From assembly GCA_033763655.1 (NCBI GenBank), contig JANRKD010000026.1, positions 25,922 through 89,921 on the forward strand: a DNA stretch of 64,000 nt. Direction: 5' to 3'. Shown piece by piece: positions 28,077-37,001 of the stretch (the stretch's first letter is position 1; every line of letters begins with the position of its first letter). The notes beneath the pieces are model-generated. The model was not told the origin of the DNA. It saw nothing but the letters and a program-made list of their open reading frames with translations, and did no database searches. A program made the translations under genes and the position numbers. The stretch comes from Alphaproteobacteria bacterium (GTDB taxonomy: Bacteria > Pseudomonadota > Alphaproteobacteria > Rickettsiales > UBA3002).

Positions 28077-30173
28077 ATGGCCAAGGCCCAGCAGATAACC
28101 GATGTCGAGATTCCGCTGATCGAAGAACAGGTCGATACCGGCCTGCAGCCGCTGCTTGAGAGTTACCAGACGAGCTATGTCCCCGGCGGTGAGAAGAAAG
28201 ATGACCTGCTGGGCCGTTTCACCCTCTACCCCACGCGCCCCCTGCCCGAATTCAGCCACACCTATGCCACCGCCTACGAAGCGCGCGACGACTTCAACCC
28301 CAACCGGCTCGCCTATGCCATGGTGTGCGACAACAACATGCCCACACGCCTGCAGGCGATTACAGAACTCAACACCTTCACCCACGCGCACCTGACGCCG
28401 CTGCTCGGCTCGGGCACCGTCAACTGCTCGCATCTGGGCGAGGCGCGCACAGTGCTGTTCCTCGAACGCCCGCGCGGTGTTCGCCTGTCAGATAGCATCA
28501 AAAACCAATTGCGCCTGCATGAACACAAAGTGATTGATTATGTGCTGCAGCCCGCCCTGAAAGCGCTGCTGGCCATGCGCGAGAAAAAAATCAGCCACGG
28601 CCATATTCACCCCGGCAATTTCTTTGTCAGCGAAACGCCGCAGCTGGGCGAGTGCTTCTCGGCCCCCTGCGGCACACAGGGCCACTATCTCTACGAACCG
28701 CTGGAACGGCTGATGGCCACCCCGCTCGGGCGCGGCGAAGCGACCGAAAAATCCGACATCTATGCGCTGGGCATCCTCGCCTTCGAGCTGATGTATGGGC
28801 TGGAGCGCATCAAATCCATCCCGAGGGACGCCTTCATCGAGCGCATTATCAGCCTTGGCACCTACCATTTATTTGCCACCAACCGCGAATTTTCCGACAC
28901 ATTCCAGGATTTTTTCCGTGGCATCCTGAATGACAACCCCACCGAACGCTGGGGGCTTGACCAGCTCGCGCAGTGGATTAGCGGCAAACGCTTCAATATG
29001 ATTGCACCGAGCGTACCCAAGGAGGCTTCCCGCCCGATCGACTTTGTCGGCCAGAACTTTTTCTCGCGCCGGATGCTGGCCCACGCCATGCACACCCATT
29101 GGCGCGAGGCCCTCAAGGATGTTAAATCCATGCGCGTCGATCGCTGGTGCGAAATGAGCCTGCACCGCCCCGAGCTGGGCAGCAAACTCGAGCGGCTGAT
29201 GCGCCTTTCGGGCAATGCCTCGACCGATGCGCAGATGCACGACACCATGACGCGGGTGATTACGATTCTCGACCCGAGCGGTCCCTTGCGTTCACGCACG
29301 CTATCCCTCCGGCCCGATGCGATCGGCCCATCACTGGCAGAGGCCATGCAGCATGAAGGCCCCGAGCTGTCGCAATTATTGAGCTTTATCGAAGGCGATC
29401 TCGGCAATTTCTGGGCCGAACAGGCCGACAGCAACAAAAGCCCCGAGATTTCCATTGCCGTGTGGCGCCTGCAACGCGCCCGCTCGCAGTTGAAAAACCC
29501 GGCCCTTGGCTTCGGGCTGGAGCGGGTGCGCTACGAGCTAAACCCTTCGCTCAGTTGCCAGAGCCCCCTGCTCAAACCCTACCATGTGATGAACGCACTC
29601 GATGTCTTAAAGACGCTGGATGCGCTGGCGCCCACCCTTGGCCCCGACACCAGCCTGGTGGATCGCGACATTGCCGCTTTCCTCGCCAGCCGGATTGATA
29701 TGGGCAAGGAAATCCGCATCCTCGATCTGGCCAGCATCCCCGCCCTCGCCGGCAACGAAGAGCTTATCATGCTCAAGCTGCTGGCCAAGGCGCAGCAGAA
29801 ACATCCACGGATGCCGCTGGTCGGCCTGTGCACCTGGGCCGCCATGCGCATCGAGAAAATGATCGACACCATCCATAACCGCATCATCCGCAAGCGCCTG
29901 AAACTGCAACTGAAGAAACTGGCGCAGACCGGCAGCCTGCACGAGGTGATGGGCGCCATCATCAATATCGACGTGTCCCTCCACGATTACGATGGATTTA
30001 TCAAGGCCATCGCCCTGCACCAGATTAACCACGAACGCATGAAACACCTGCAGAGCGAGGATATCCTCAACTACAAGGCCCGCCGCGCCGGCGGGAAAAT
30101 GGCGATGATTATCAGCTATATCGCTCTGGCGGTTACCTTCTACATCAGCCTCACCGACATTGTGGGATATTAA
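28077..30173 (+). CDS. Protein-kinase-fold protein with degenerate catalytic motifs (putative pseudokinase), large helical middle region, C-terminal TM anchor
   Basis: ORF 28005..30173. The ATG at 28077 (MAKAQQITD) is preferred because AGGA lies 5 nt upstream. The kinase subdomains are recognisable: HGHIHPGNFF (28596..28619) in place of HRDLKPxN, no DFG (LGECF), YEPLE for APE, SDIYALGILAFELMYG, and NPTERW. The C-terminal helix reads MAMIISYIALAVTFYISL. Confidence 0.75.
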   Translation: MAKAQQITDVEIPLIEEQVDTGLQPLLESYQTSYVPGGEKKDDLLGRFTLYPTRPLPEFSHTYATAYEARDDFNPNRLAYAMVCDNNMPTRLQAITELNTFTHAHLTPLLGSGTVNCSHLGEARTVLFLERPRGVRLSDSIKNQLRLHEHKVIDYVLQPALKALLAMREKKISHGHIHPGNFFVSETPQLGECFSAPCGTQGHYLYEPLERLMATPLGRGEATEKSDIYALGILAFELMYGLERIKSIPRDAFIERIISLGTYHLFATNREFSDTFQDFFRGILNDNPTERWGLDQLAQWISGKRFNMIAPSVPKEASRPIDFVGQNFFSRRMLAHAMHTHWREALKDVKSMRVDRWCEMSLHRPELGSKLERLMRLSGNASTDAQMHDTMTRVITILDPSGPLRSRTLSLRPDAIGPSLAEAMQHEGPELSQLLSFIEGDLGNFWAEQADSNKSPEISIAVWRLQRARSQLKNPALGFGLERVRYELNPSLSCQSPLLKPYHVMNALDVLKTLDALAPTLGPDTSLVDRDIAAFLASRIDMGKEIRILDLASIPALAGNEELIMLKLLAKAQQKHPRMPLVGLCTWAAMRIEKMIDTIHNRIIRKRLKLQLKKLAQTGSLHEVMGAIINIDVSLHDYDGFIKAIALHQINHERMKHLQSEDILNYKARRAGGKMAMIISYIALAVTFYISLTDIVGY

Positions 30174-30175
30174 TC

Positions 30176-30700
30176 ATGAGCGACGACGCCGGGGCCGATA
30201 AAAAAGAGAAGAAAAAAGGCACGCTCTCCACCGCCGGCGGACGAGGGAAAATGCGTGGCAAAAACAAGCTGCTGCTCATTCTCTTCAGCCTGATGATGAT
30301 GGGGCTGCTGCGCACGGGCTTCGTGTTCTTCGTCATCGGCATGCTGCCTTGCATTGTCGCCTATTATATGGATGTCTCCAAGCACCAGTACACATTCAAG
30401 AGCGTCTTTGCGGCCAATCTTGCAGGCATGATGCCGTTCATTACCCGCATCATCCATGCAGGCCCGTCGAGCAGCCTGCTGCAGGAAATTATGGGTAACA
30501 GCACCAGCTGGATTATCATTTATGGCTCGGCGCTGATCGGCTGGCTGCTGGTCAAAGCCTGCCCGGTGCTGGCGCAGATACTGGTCACCGGCGTCCACCA
30601 GACACAATTTTCGCGCTACGACCGGCTACAGAAAAAGCTGGAGAGCGAATGGGGCGACGAGGTGAAGCAATTCAGCGGCGACCACCACGCCGAGCATTAG
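30176..30700 (+). CDS. Hypothetical small membrane protein (about 4 TM), translationally coupled to the kinase-like gene
   Basis: The ATG lies 2 nt after the TAA of the upstream gene. A basic N-terminus (KKEKKKG..RGKMRGKNK) is followed by LLLILFSLMMMGLL, FVFFVIGMLPCIVAYY, FAANLAGMMPFI and WIIIYGSALIGWLLV. Confidence 0.65.
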   Translation: MSDDAGADKKEKKKGTLSTAGGRGKMRGKNKLLLILFSLMMMGLLRTGFVFFVIGMLPCIVAYYMDVSKHQYTFKSVFAANLAGMMPFITRIIHAGPSSSLLQEIMGNSTSWIIIYGSALIGWLLVKACPVLAQILVTGVHQTQFSRYDRLQKKLESEWGDEVKQFSGDHHAEH

Positions 30701-30789
30701 CGCATTGTTTTTGGGGTTAAGCCTCTCCATTTTTCGTCATGGCGAGCGAGTGCGCGGCAATCCGGTTGGCCACACAGATCGTTCCTTTG

Positions 30790-30951
30790 CTCCCCCCTTG
30801 CGGGGGAGCGGGCGTTGCACTTCGCAACGCCGTGGGGGGCAATTGCACGACCGCCCGGTTATGCAACTTTTACCATGCCTAGCGCGTCGCTGAAAATCCC
30901 CCCACCGAAACGCTTGAAGAGAGCGTTTCGACTCCCCCGCGAGGGGGGAGT
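30790..30951. repeat. Cluster of four GC-rich stem-loops (REP-like) in the 370-bp gap before mnmA
   Basis: CTCCCCCC-ttg-CGGGGGAG (30790..30808); GCGTTGC-acttc-GCAACGC (30812..30830); CGAAACGCT-tgaagag-AGCGTTTCG (30906..30930); ACTCCCCC-gcga-GGGGGGAGT (30931..30951). Confidence 0.8.
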
Positions 30952-31078
30952 GGGCGGGAGTGCCTCAGGCGCGGGCGCTGGAAGTGAAGGCGAGATGGCT
31001 TCCGCCTTTCAGCGTGCGCGGCGCGGCACCGCCAGCGCCTCGCAATTAATGACGGGAAATGCCTGAACGTAAAATGCG

Positions 31079-32176
31079 CTAATCCACTGCAATCCAGCCG
31101 CCGCCAAGTACGCGATCGCCCGCATAGACCACGCAAGCCTGCCCCGGGGCAATCCCCTCGTAGGGCTGCTCAAGCTCGATAGTCGCCCGCTCCTTCGAGG
31201 ATGGGGTAATCGACGCCGTCACCGGCGGTTGCGCCGAGCGTACTTTAACCCGAATACCCGCGCGCGCGCCGGGCACATCGAGCCAGTTGAGTTCTTTGAT
31301 GCTAAAAGCGTTGCGCGCCAGCGCCTCGCGCGGGCCGACGATGACCCGCCGGTTCGGCGCGTCGAGCCTGACCACATACAGCGGCTCGCCCGCACCACCG
31401 CCAAGGCCCTTACGCTGCCCGATCGTGTAATGGATAATGCCTGCATGCGCGCCGAGCACGCGGCCATCGACATGCATGATTTCGCCCGGCTCCGCCGCGC
31501 CGGGGCGGATTTTCTCGATGACGGCGGCATAGCCGCCCGTAGGCACAAAACAAATATCCTGCGAGTCGGGTTTATCGGCGACCGCAAGGCCGAAGCGATC
31601 GGCGAGGGCGCGGGTTTCCTCTTTACGCAATCCACCGAGCGGAAAGCGCAGGAAATCGAGCTGTTCCTGCGTGGTCGCAAACAGGAAATAGCTCTGGTCT
31701 TTGTCGGGATCGACGCCACGATGCAGCTCCGCCTGCCCGCTTTCGCCCAGCACCCGCTGCACGTAGTGGCCGGTTGCCATGCAATCGGCGCCAAGGTCGC
31801 GCGCGGTGGCGAGTAAATCCTTGAATTTCACGCTCTGGTTACAGCGCACGCAGGGGATGGGGGTTGCCCCGGCGAGGTAGGTGTCGGCGAAATCTTCCAT
31901 CACCGCGTCGCGGAACTTACTTTCGTAGTTGAGCACATAATGCGGGATGCCGAGCGAATCTGCGACGCGGCGCGCATCGTGAATATCCTGCCCCGCGCAG
32001 CAGGCGCCCTTCTTGCCGACCATCGCGCCGTGGTCGTACAGCTGGAGCGTGATGCCAATGACTTCGTAGCCCTGATTATGCAGCAGCGCCGCGACGACGG
32101 ACGAATCGACCCCGCCGCTCATGGCCACCACCACGCGCGTCTGAGATTCCGGTTTGTTGAAGCCAAGGCTGTTCAT
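31079..32176 (-). CDS. mnmA: tRNA 2-thiouridine(34) synthase MnmA
   Basis: ORF 31079..32392. The true start is [32 protein letters not shown] (ATG 32176), which carries the PP-loop SGGVDSS. Also present: [14 protein letters not shown] and [10 protein letters not shown]. Confidence 0.92.
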   Translation of the reverse strand: MNSLGFNKPESQTRVVVAMSGGVDSSVVAALLHNQGYEVIGITLQLYDHGAMVGKKGACCAGQDIHDARRVADSLGIPHYVLNYESKFRDAVMEDFADTYLAGATPIPCVRCNQSVKFKDLLATARDLGADCMATGHYVQRVLGESGQAELHRGVDPDKDQSYFLFATTQEQLDFLRFPLGGLRKEETRALADRFGLAVADKPDSQDICFVPTGGYAAVIEKIRPGAAEPGEIMHVDGRVLGAHAGIIHYTIGQRKGLGGGAGEPLYVVRLDAPNRRVIVGPREALARNAFSIKELNWLDVPGARAGIRVKVRSAQPPVTASITPSSKERATIELEQPYEGIAPGQACVVYAGDRVLGGGWIAVD

Positions 32177-32285
32177 GGGCGGGGATATAGCGCCACCACC
32201 CTCTGCGGTCAATGTCCGCCACGACTTTCGCCACTTCTCTCGGCGGCCACCGCTTACTTCTCCACACTGCCCTTCACCCAGCCAC

Positions 32286-32404
32286 GTCATGCCGAACTTG
32301 TTTCGGCATCCATCAAAGGCGCGGTTAGCGCCGGCATGACTACTGAAAGATTCTTTCCGCGCCAGACAGCGCTTCGATGGATCCTGAAACAAGTTCAGGA
32401 TGAC
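32286..32404. mobile_element. 119-bp MITE-like element with 29-bp imperfect terminal inverted repeats, each arm itself a hairpin
   Basis: The left arm is GTCATGCCGAACTTGTTTCGGCATCCATC (32286..32314). The right arm is GATGGATCCTGAAACAAGTTCAGGATGAC (32376..32404). The arms are 25/29 identical after reverse-complementing, and the 4 differences form two compensatory pairs that keep each arm's stem. The element abuts the prfB stop codon. Confidence 0.6.
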
Positions 32405-32406
32405 AT

Positions 32407-33520
32407 TTACCGTTCCACACTCCCCTTCACCCGCGCGGCGAGGCTGGCGCCCACGAACATATCGAGGTCGCCGTCGAGCACGCCCTGCGTGTTGCTGGTT
32501 TCCACACCGGTGCGCAAATCCTTCACCATCTGGTAGGGATGGAGCACATAGGAGCGAATCTGGTTGCCCCAGCTATTGTCGGTCTTGTGCGCATTCAGGG
32601 CATCCGTCGCCGCTTCCTGCTTGCGCAGCTCGTGCTCATACAGCCGCGCGCGCAGCATGTTCCATGCCTCCTCGCGGTTCTGGTGCTGGCTGCGCTGGTT
32701 CTGGCAGGCGACGACGATGCCGGTCGGCACATGCGTCAGCCGCACGGCGGATTCGACCTTGTTGACATTCTGCCCGCCCGCGCCGCTGGAGCGGAACGTA
32801 TCGACCTTCACATCTTTTTCCTCGATATTAATCGTAATGTTTTCGTCAACCACGGGGTAAACCCACGCACTCGCAAAGCTGGTATGCCGCCGCGCGTTGG
32901 AATCGAACGGTGAAATACGCACAAGGCGGTGGACGCCCGATTCGGTTTTCGCCCAGCCATAGGCGTTATGGCCGGAAAGGCGGATGGTGGCGGATTTGAT
33001 GCCCGCCTCGTCGCCCGTTTGCTCGTCGACAATCTCGACCTTGAAGCCGCGCCGCTCGCCCCAACGCAGATACATACGGTAGAGCATGAACGCCCAGTCC
33101 TGCGACTCGGTGCCACCTGCGCCCGGGTGAATCTCGATAAAGCAGTCGTTCGCATCGGCCTCGCCGTTGAGCAGGGCTTCGAGTTCGAGCTGGCCAATCT
33201 CTTTGACGAGCGCTTCCATGCTTGCCTGCGCCTCGGCGCGCATCGGCTCATCGCCCTCGGCTTCGGCCATCTCGTGCAGTTCGAGCGCGTCGACAAACCC
33301 GGTGGTGACGCGCCTGAACCCTGCGATGGTATTCTCGACCCGCGTCCGCTCGCGCATTGTTTTTTGCGCCTGCTCCTGATTGTTCCAAAGGTTCGGGTCT
33401 TCCGCCGCTGCGTTTAATTCAACGAGCTGTTTTTCCAGATGCGCAACGTCAAAGACACCTCGCAAGCAGAGCCTTTGAGGCGTCGAATTGTTCTTTCAGC
33501 GTGATAATTTCTGCGCGCAT
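32407..33520 (-). CDS. prfB: Peptide chain release factor 2, with programmed +1 ribosomal frameshift
   Basis: The main frame is ORF 32407..33465 (SPF motif RISPFDS; GGQ motif [16 protein letters not shown]). The upstream frame starts at ATG 33520 and reads [23 protein letters not shown], then TGA. The shift site CTT TGA C lies at 33448..33454. Confidence 0.93.
33448..33454 (-). promoter_or_regulatory. prfB: prfB autoregulatory +1 frameshift site CTT-TGA-C with upstream SD-like AGGTG
   Basis: The minus strand reads GCG AGG TGT CTT TGA CGT TGC. Reading CTT then GAC restores [12 protein letters not shown], which continues into the RF2 body. Confidence 0.9.
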
Positions 33521-33573
33521 AAGTATTTTTCACCATTGACTGATGGAGCTCCAGAGTTTTTCATACGCATCGT

Positions 33574-34395
33574 ATGAGCATGTCGCAACCCCTATATCAG
33601 GTGGACGCCTTTGCGTCCAAAGTCTTCGAAGGTAACCCCGCCGCCGTTTGTCCGCTTTCTGCATGGCTCCCCGACCGGCTGATGCAACGCATGGCACAGG
33701 AAAACAACCTCTCGGAAACTGCTTTTTTTGTGCCCTCCACCAGGGATGGCTATGATTTCGACCTGCGCTGGTTCACCCCGACGGAAGAAGTCGATCTATG
33801 TGGCCACGCGACGCTGGCAAGCGCATTCGTTGCTTTCAACATCCTTCACTTTACGAATGACATCATTCGCTTCCACAGCGCGTCGGGCTTACTGAACGTG
33901 ACACGTAACGGCAATCTGCTGACGCTTGATTTCCCCGCATGGCCGCTCGAAAAAACAGGCCATCATCCGGCAATCGAAGCGGCCATCGGCATCACGCCGC
34001 TTGAAATCTACCAGTCCCATGACTGGCTGGTGATACTGGATTCAGCGCAGGCCGTGCGCAATTTGAAACTCGATTTCGCCGCGCTGAAACTGCTCGATGC
34101 ACGAGGACTGATTGTGACTGCGCCGGCAGATACAGGTAGTGGCTTTGATTTTGTCTCACGCGCTTTCTTCCCGAAACTTGGAATCGAGGAAGACCCGGTC
34201 ACCGGTTCCGCCCATTGCGCCCTTACCCCCTACTGGGCCGGAATTCTGAGAAAACCAACGCTTAAAGCCGAACAGGGCGGCGCGCGCAAAGGCCAGCTTA
34301 CCTGCGAACTGGCCGCCAATGGGCGCATCCTGATTTCCGGTCAGGCACAGCTTTATATGGAGGGCGCCTGCTATCTCCCCGGCTCCGCCGCCTAA
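33574..34395 (+). CDS. PhzF-family isomerase-like protein
   Basis: 273 aa. LYQVDAFASKVFEGNPAAVCPL..NLSETAFFVP..LRWFTPTEEVDLCGHATLA..DPVTGSAHCAL. Confidence 0.85.
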   Translation: MSMSQPLYQVDAFASKVFEGNPAAVCPLSAWLPDRLMQRMAQENNLSETAFFVPSTRDGYDFDLRWFTPTEEVDLCGHATLASAFVAFNILHFTNDIIRFHSASGLLNVTRNGNLLTLDFPAWPLEKTGHHPAIEAAIGITPLEIYQSHDWLVILDSAQAVRNLKLDFAALKLLDARGLIVTAPADTGSGFDFVSRAFFPKLGIEEDPVTGSAHCALTPYWAGILRKPTLKAEQGGARKGQLTCELAANGRILISGQAQLYMEGACYLPGSAA

Positions 34396-36986
34396 TACAA
34401 CCCACCCGTGCCGACACCCGCCCCGGCGTTTGGGTTGAAGCCCTGCGGATCGACGGGGCGCTGGTAGGGCGCCAGTTCACCCGCTTTAGGCTGGGCGAAG
34501 CCATTGCCCCCCTCGGCGGGAACATCCCCACCCTCGACCGGTTCGACGACCGGCCCGGTATAGGCGTCTTTATCCTGCAGTTCCTCCTGCAATTCGTGCA
34601 TCGGCTTGAAGATGGGGCCGCCGGTCAGGAACGCCTCGCGGATCGTCGCGGCGCCGCTCGCATCGCCATCGAAAAGCGGTTGGCCGGTATGCAGGTTAAT
34701 CGCCAGTTCGCGGATGCCCGGCGGCGCGCGGAACTCTTTGACGGGCAGGCTGCCTTCCGCCAGTTGCATGAATTTGACGAAGCCCTGAATGGCAACGCGC
34801 CCGCCGGTTTCCTTATCGCCGAGGGTTTTTGGCGTATCAAACCCGACATAGGTGCCCACCACGAGGTCGGGCGTATAGCCGACAAACCATGCATCGCGCG
34901 AGTCATTCGTCGTGCCGGTTTTCCCAGCGACCGGGCGGCCCAGCCCCTTGGCCGCGCTCCCCGTCCCGCGCTCGACCACGCCTTTGAGGATGGAGGTAAT
35001 CTGGTACGCCACGCGCGGATCGAGCACCCGCTCGCGCTCGTCGGCAAGCGTCGGCGCATCGGTCGAAATCGTGGTGTGCGCGGGTGCCACGCAGGGCTCG
35101 CAGGCGCGCGTATCGCGGCGGAAAATGGTCGCGCCGTTCCTATCATCAATGCGTTCGACAAACCAGGGCGCGACGCGGCGGCCCCCGTTGGCGATCATGC
35201 TGTAACCGTTGACCAGCTTCAGCAGCGTGGTTTCTTTCGCGCCGAGCACCATCGAGAAGTTTTCGGCGATGTCGTCCTCGTAGAGACCGAAGCGCTGCGC
35301 CACCCGCTTGATGCGCTTCAGGCCGATCATCGCGGCGATGCGCACCGTCACCGTGTTGCGCGAATGCTCGAGCGCGGTGCGCAGGGTGATGGGGCCGATG
35401 TAATCGCCCTCGTAGTTCTGCGGCGTCCACATCGGCAAGCCCGGCCCCTGCGGTAGCGAAATCGGCTCATCGACAATCACCGAGGTGGGGCTGAAGCCGC
35501 TTTCGAGCGCGGTGAGGTAGACAAACGGCTTGAAGGCCGAGCCGGGCTGGCGTTTCGCCTGCGTCGCGCGGTTGAACTCCGACCCGCTATAGGCATAGCC
35601 GCCACTCATCGCAAGCACCTTGCCCGTATGCGGATCCATCACCACCACCGCGCCGTTGACCGCCGGAATCTGCAACAGGCGGTAGGTGCCTTTGGCCGCG
35701 CCGCCCATCGGCTCGATGAGCACCACATCGCCCACTGCGAACTGCGGCTTTGCCCAGCGCATCCCCTCGGGCGCGAGGCTGCCACGGCTGCCATCGAGCG
35801 TGAGCAACTCGACCTTCGGCGTCACCCGCTCGATCACGCCGAGCGTCTGTGCCTCGTAGAGCGGCACCGCGCGCTCGCGGCGCACCCGTTCGAGGGCGAC
35901 GGGCAAATCGCCCTCCTCGTCCTTAAGCGTAGCGATGGGGCCGCGGTAGCCGTGGCGCTGGTCATACATCATCAGCGCATGACGCAAGGCGCGGTCGGCA
36001 TACTCCTGATAGGTCGGGTTCAGGGTCGTTTTCACGAACAGCCCGCCTTCATACAGCACGTTGCTGCCATACATGCCGGCAAGGGCGCGACGCACCTCCT
36101 CGGCGAAGAAATCGGCGCGCGCCACCTCGTCCTTGTTGCGGCTGCGGGTGACCAGTAGCGAAGCCAGCGCCCGTTTTTCCTCCGGCGCGTCGATGGCGCC
36201 GTCCTCGTGCATGCGACTAATGACGTAATTGCGCCGCTCCAGCGCACGCTGGTAATTTTTCGCCGGGTCGAAATAGGCGGGCGCTTTGGGCAATGCGGCG
36301 AGGAACGCGGCCTCCTCGGTGGTCAATTGGTCGAGCGATTTATCGAAATAGGTGATGCTCGCCGCCGCGACGCCATAGGTGCTCTGGCCGAGGTAAATCT
36401 CGTTGAGGTAGAGTTCGAGGATTTTTTCTTTGCTGTAAATTTTGCTGATACGGTAGGCGAGGATGGCCTCCTTGATTTTGCGCTCGAAGGATTTTTCGGA
36501 GCTGAGCAGGAAGTTTTTTACCACCTGCTGCGTGATGGTCGAGCCACCGGCCAGCGAATGGCCCTTGCCGACATTGAGCAGGTTATTTTTCATGGCGCGC
36601 AGCGTGCCGAAAAAATCCACCCCCTGATGGGAGTAGAAATTTTTGTCCTCCGCCGAAATAAACGCCTGCTGCACTGTTTTTGGAATGGCCGAAAGCGGCA
36701 GGAAGAAGCGTTTTTCCTTGGCATATTCCGCCAGCAATTTTCCATCCGCCGCATAAAGCCGCGTCACCACCGCCGGGTTATAATTGGCCAGTTGATCGGT
36801 CGAAGGCAGACTCGCGCTGTAATGCTGCACCACCAGCGCCACCGCAACCACCGAAAACACGAACCCGAGAAATACCATCGCCGCCAGCCATTGCACCAGA
36901 CGCAGCAGACGCGGCATAGACCGCCCTGCCCGCCGCGCGGAAGGCTCGGTAGTAGCGGTATCGTCGATGGGCGCGGGCTGTGTCAT
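34392..36986 (-). CDS. mrcA: Penicillin-binding protein 1A (bifunctional glycosyltransferase/transpeptidase)
   Basis: 864 aa. GT51 motifs: EDKNFYSHQGVD and RKIKEA. Transpeptidase motifs: SAFKPF, HSRN and KTGTT. Confidence 0.92.
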   Translation of the reverse strand: MTQPAPIDDTATTEPSARRAGRSMPRLLRLVQWLAAMVFLGFVFSVVAVALVVQHYSASLPSTDQLANYNPAVVTRLYAADGKLLAEYAKEKRFFLPLSAIPKTVQQAFISAEDKNFYSHQGVDFFGTLRAMKNNLLNVGKGHSLAGGSTITQQVVKNFLLSSEKSFERKIKEAILAYRISKIYSKEKILELYLNEIYLGQSTYGVAAASITYFDKSLDQLTTEEAAFLAALPKAPAYFDPAKNYQRALERRNYVISRMHEDGAIDAPEEKRALASLLVTRSRNKDEVARADFFAEEVRRALAGMYGSNVLYEGGLFVKTTLNPTYQEYADRALRHALMMYDQRHGYRGPIATLKDEEGDLPVALERVRRERAVPLYEAQTLGVIERVTPKVELLTLDGSRGSLAPEGMRWAKPQFAVGDVVLIEPMGGAAKGTYRLLQIPAVNGAVVVMDPHTGKVLAMSGGYAYSGSEFNRATQAKRQPGSAFKPFVYLTALESGFSPTSVIVDEPISLPQGPGLPMWTPQNYEGDYIGPITLRTALEHSRNTVTVRIAAMIGLKRIKRVAQRFGLYEDDIAENFSMVLGAKETTLLKLVNGYSMIANGGRRVAPWFVERIDDRNGATIFRRDTRACEPCVAPAHTTISTDAPTLADERERVLDPRVAYQITSILKGVVERGTGSAAKGLGRPVAGKTGTTNDSRDAWFVGYTPDLVVGTYVGFDTPKTLGDKETGGRVAIQGFVKFMQLAEGSLPVKEFRAPPGIRELAINLHTGQPLFDGDASGAATIREAFLTGGPIFKPMHELQEELQDKDAYTGPVVEPVEGGDVPAEGGNGFAQPKAGELAPYQRPVDPQGFNPNAGAGVGTGGLY

Positions 36987-37001
36987 AACGAGGGGTTGGT
37001 G

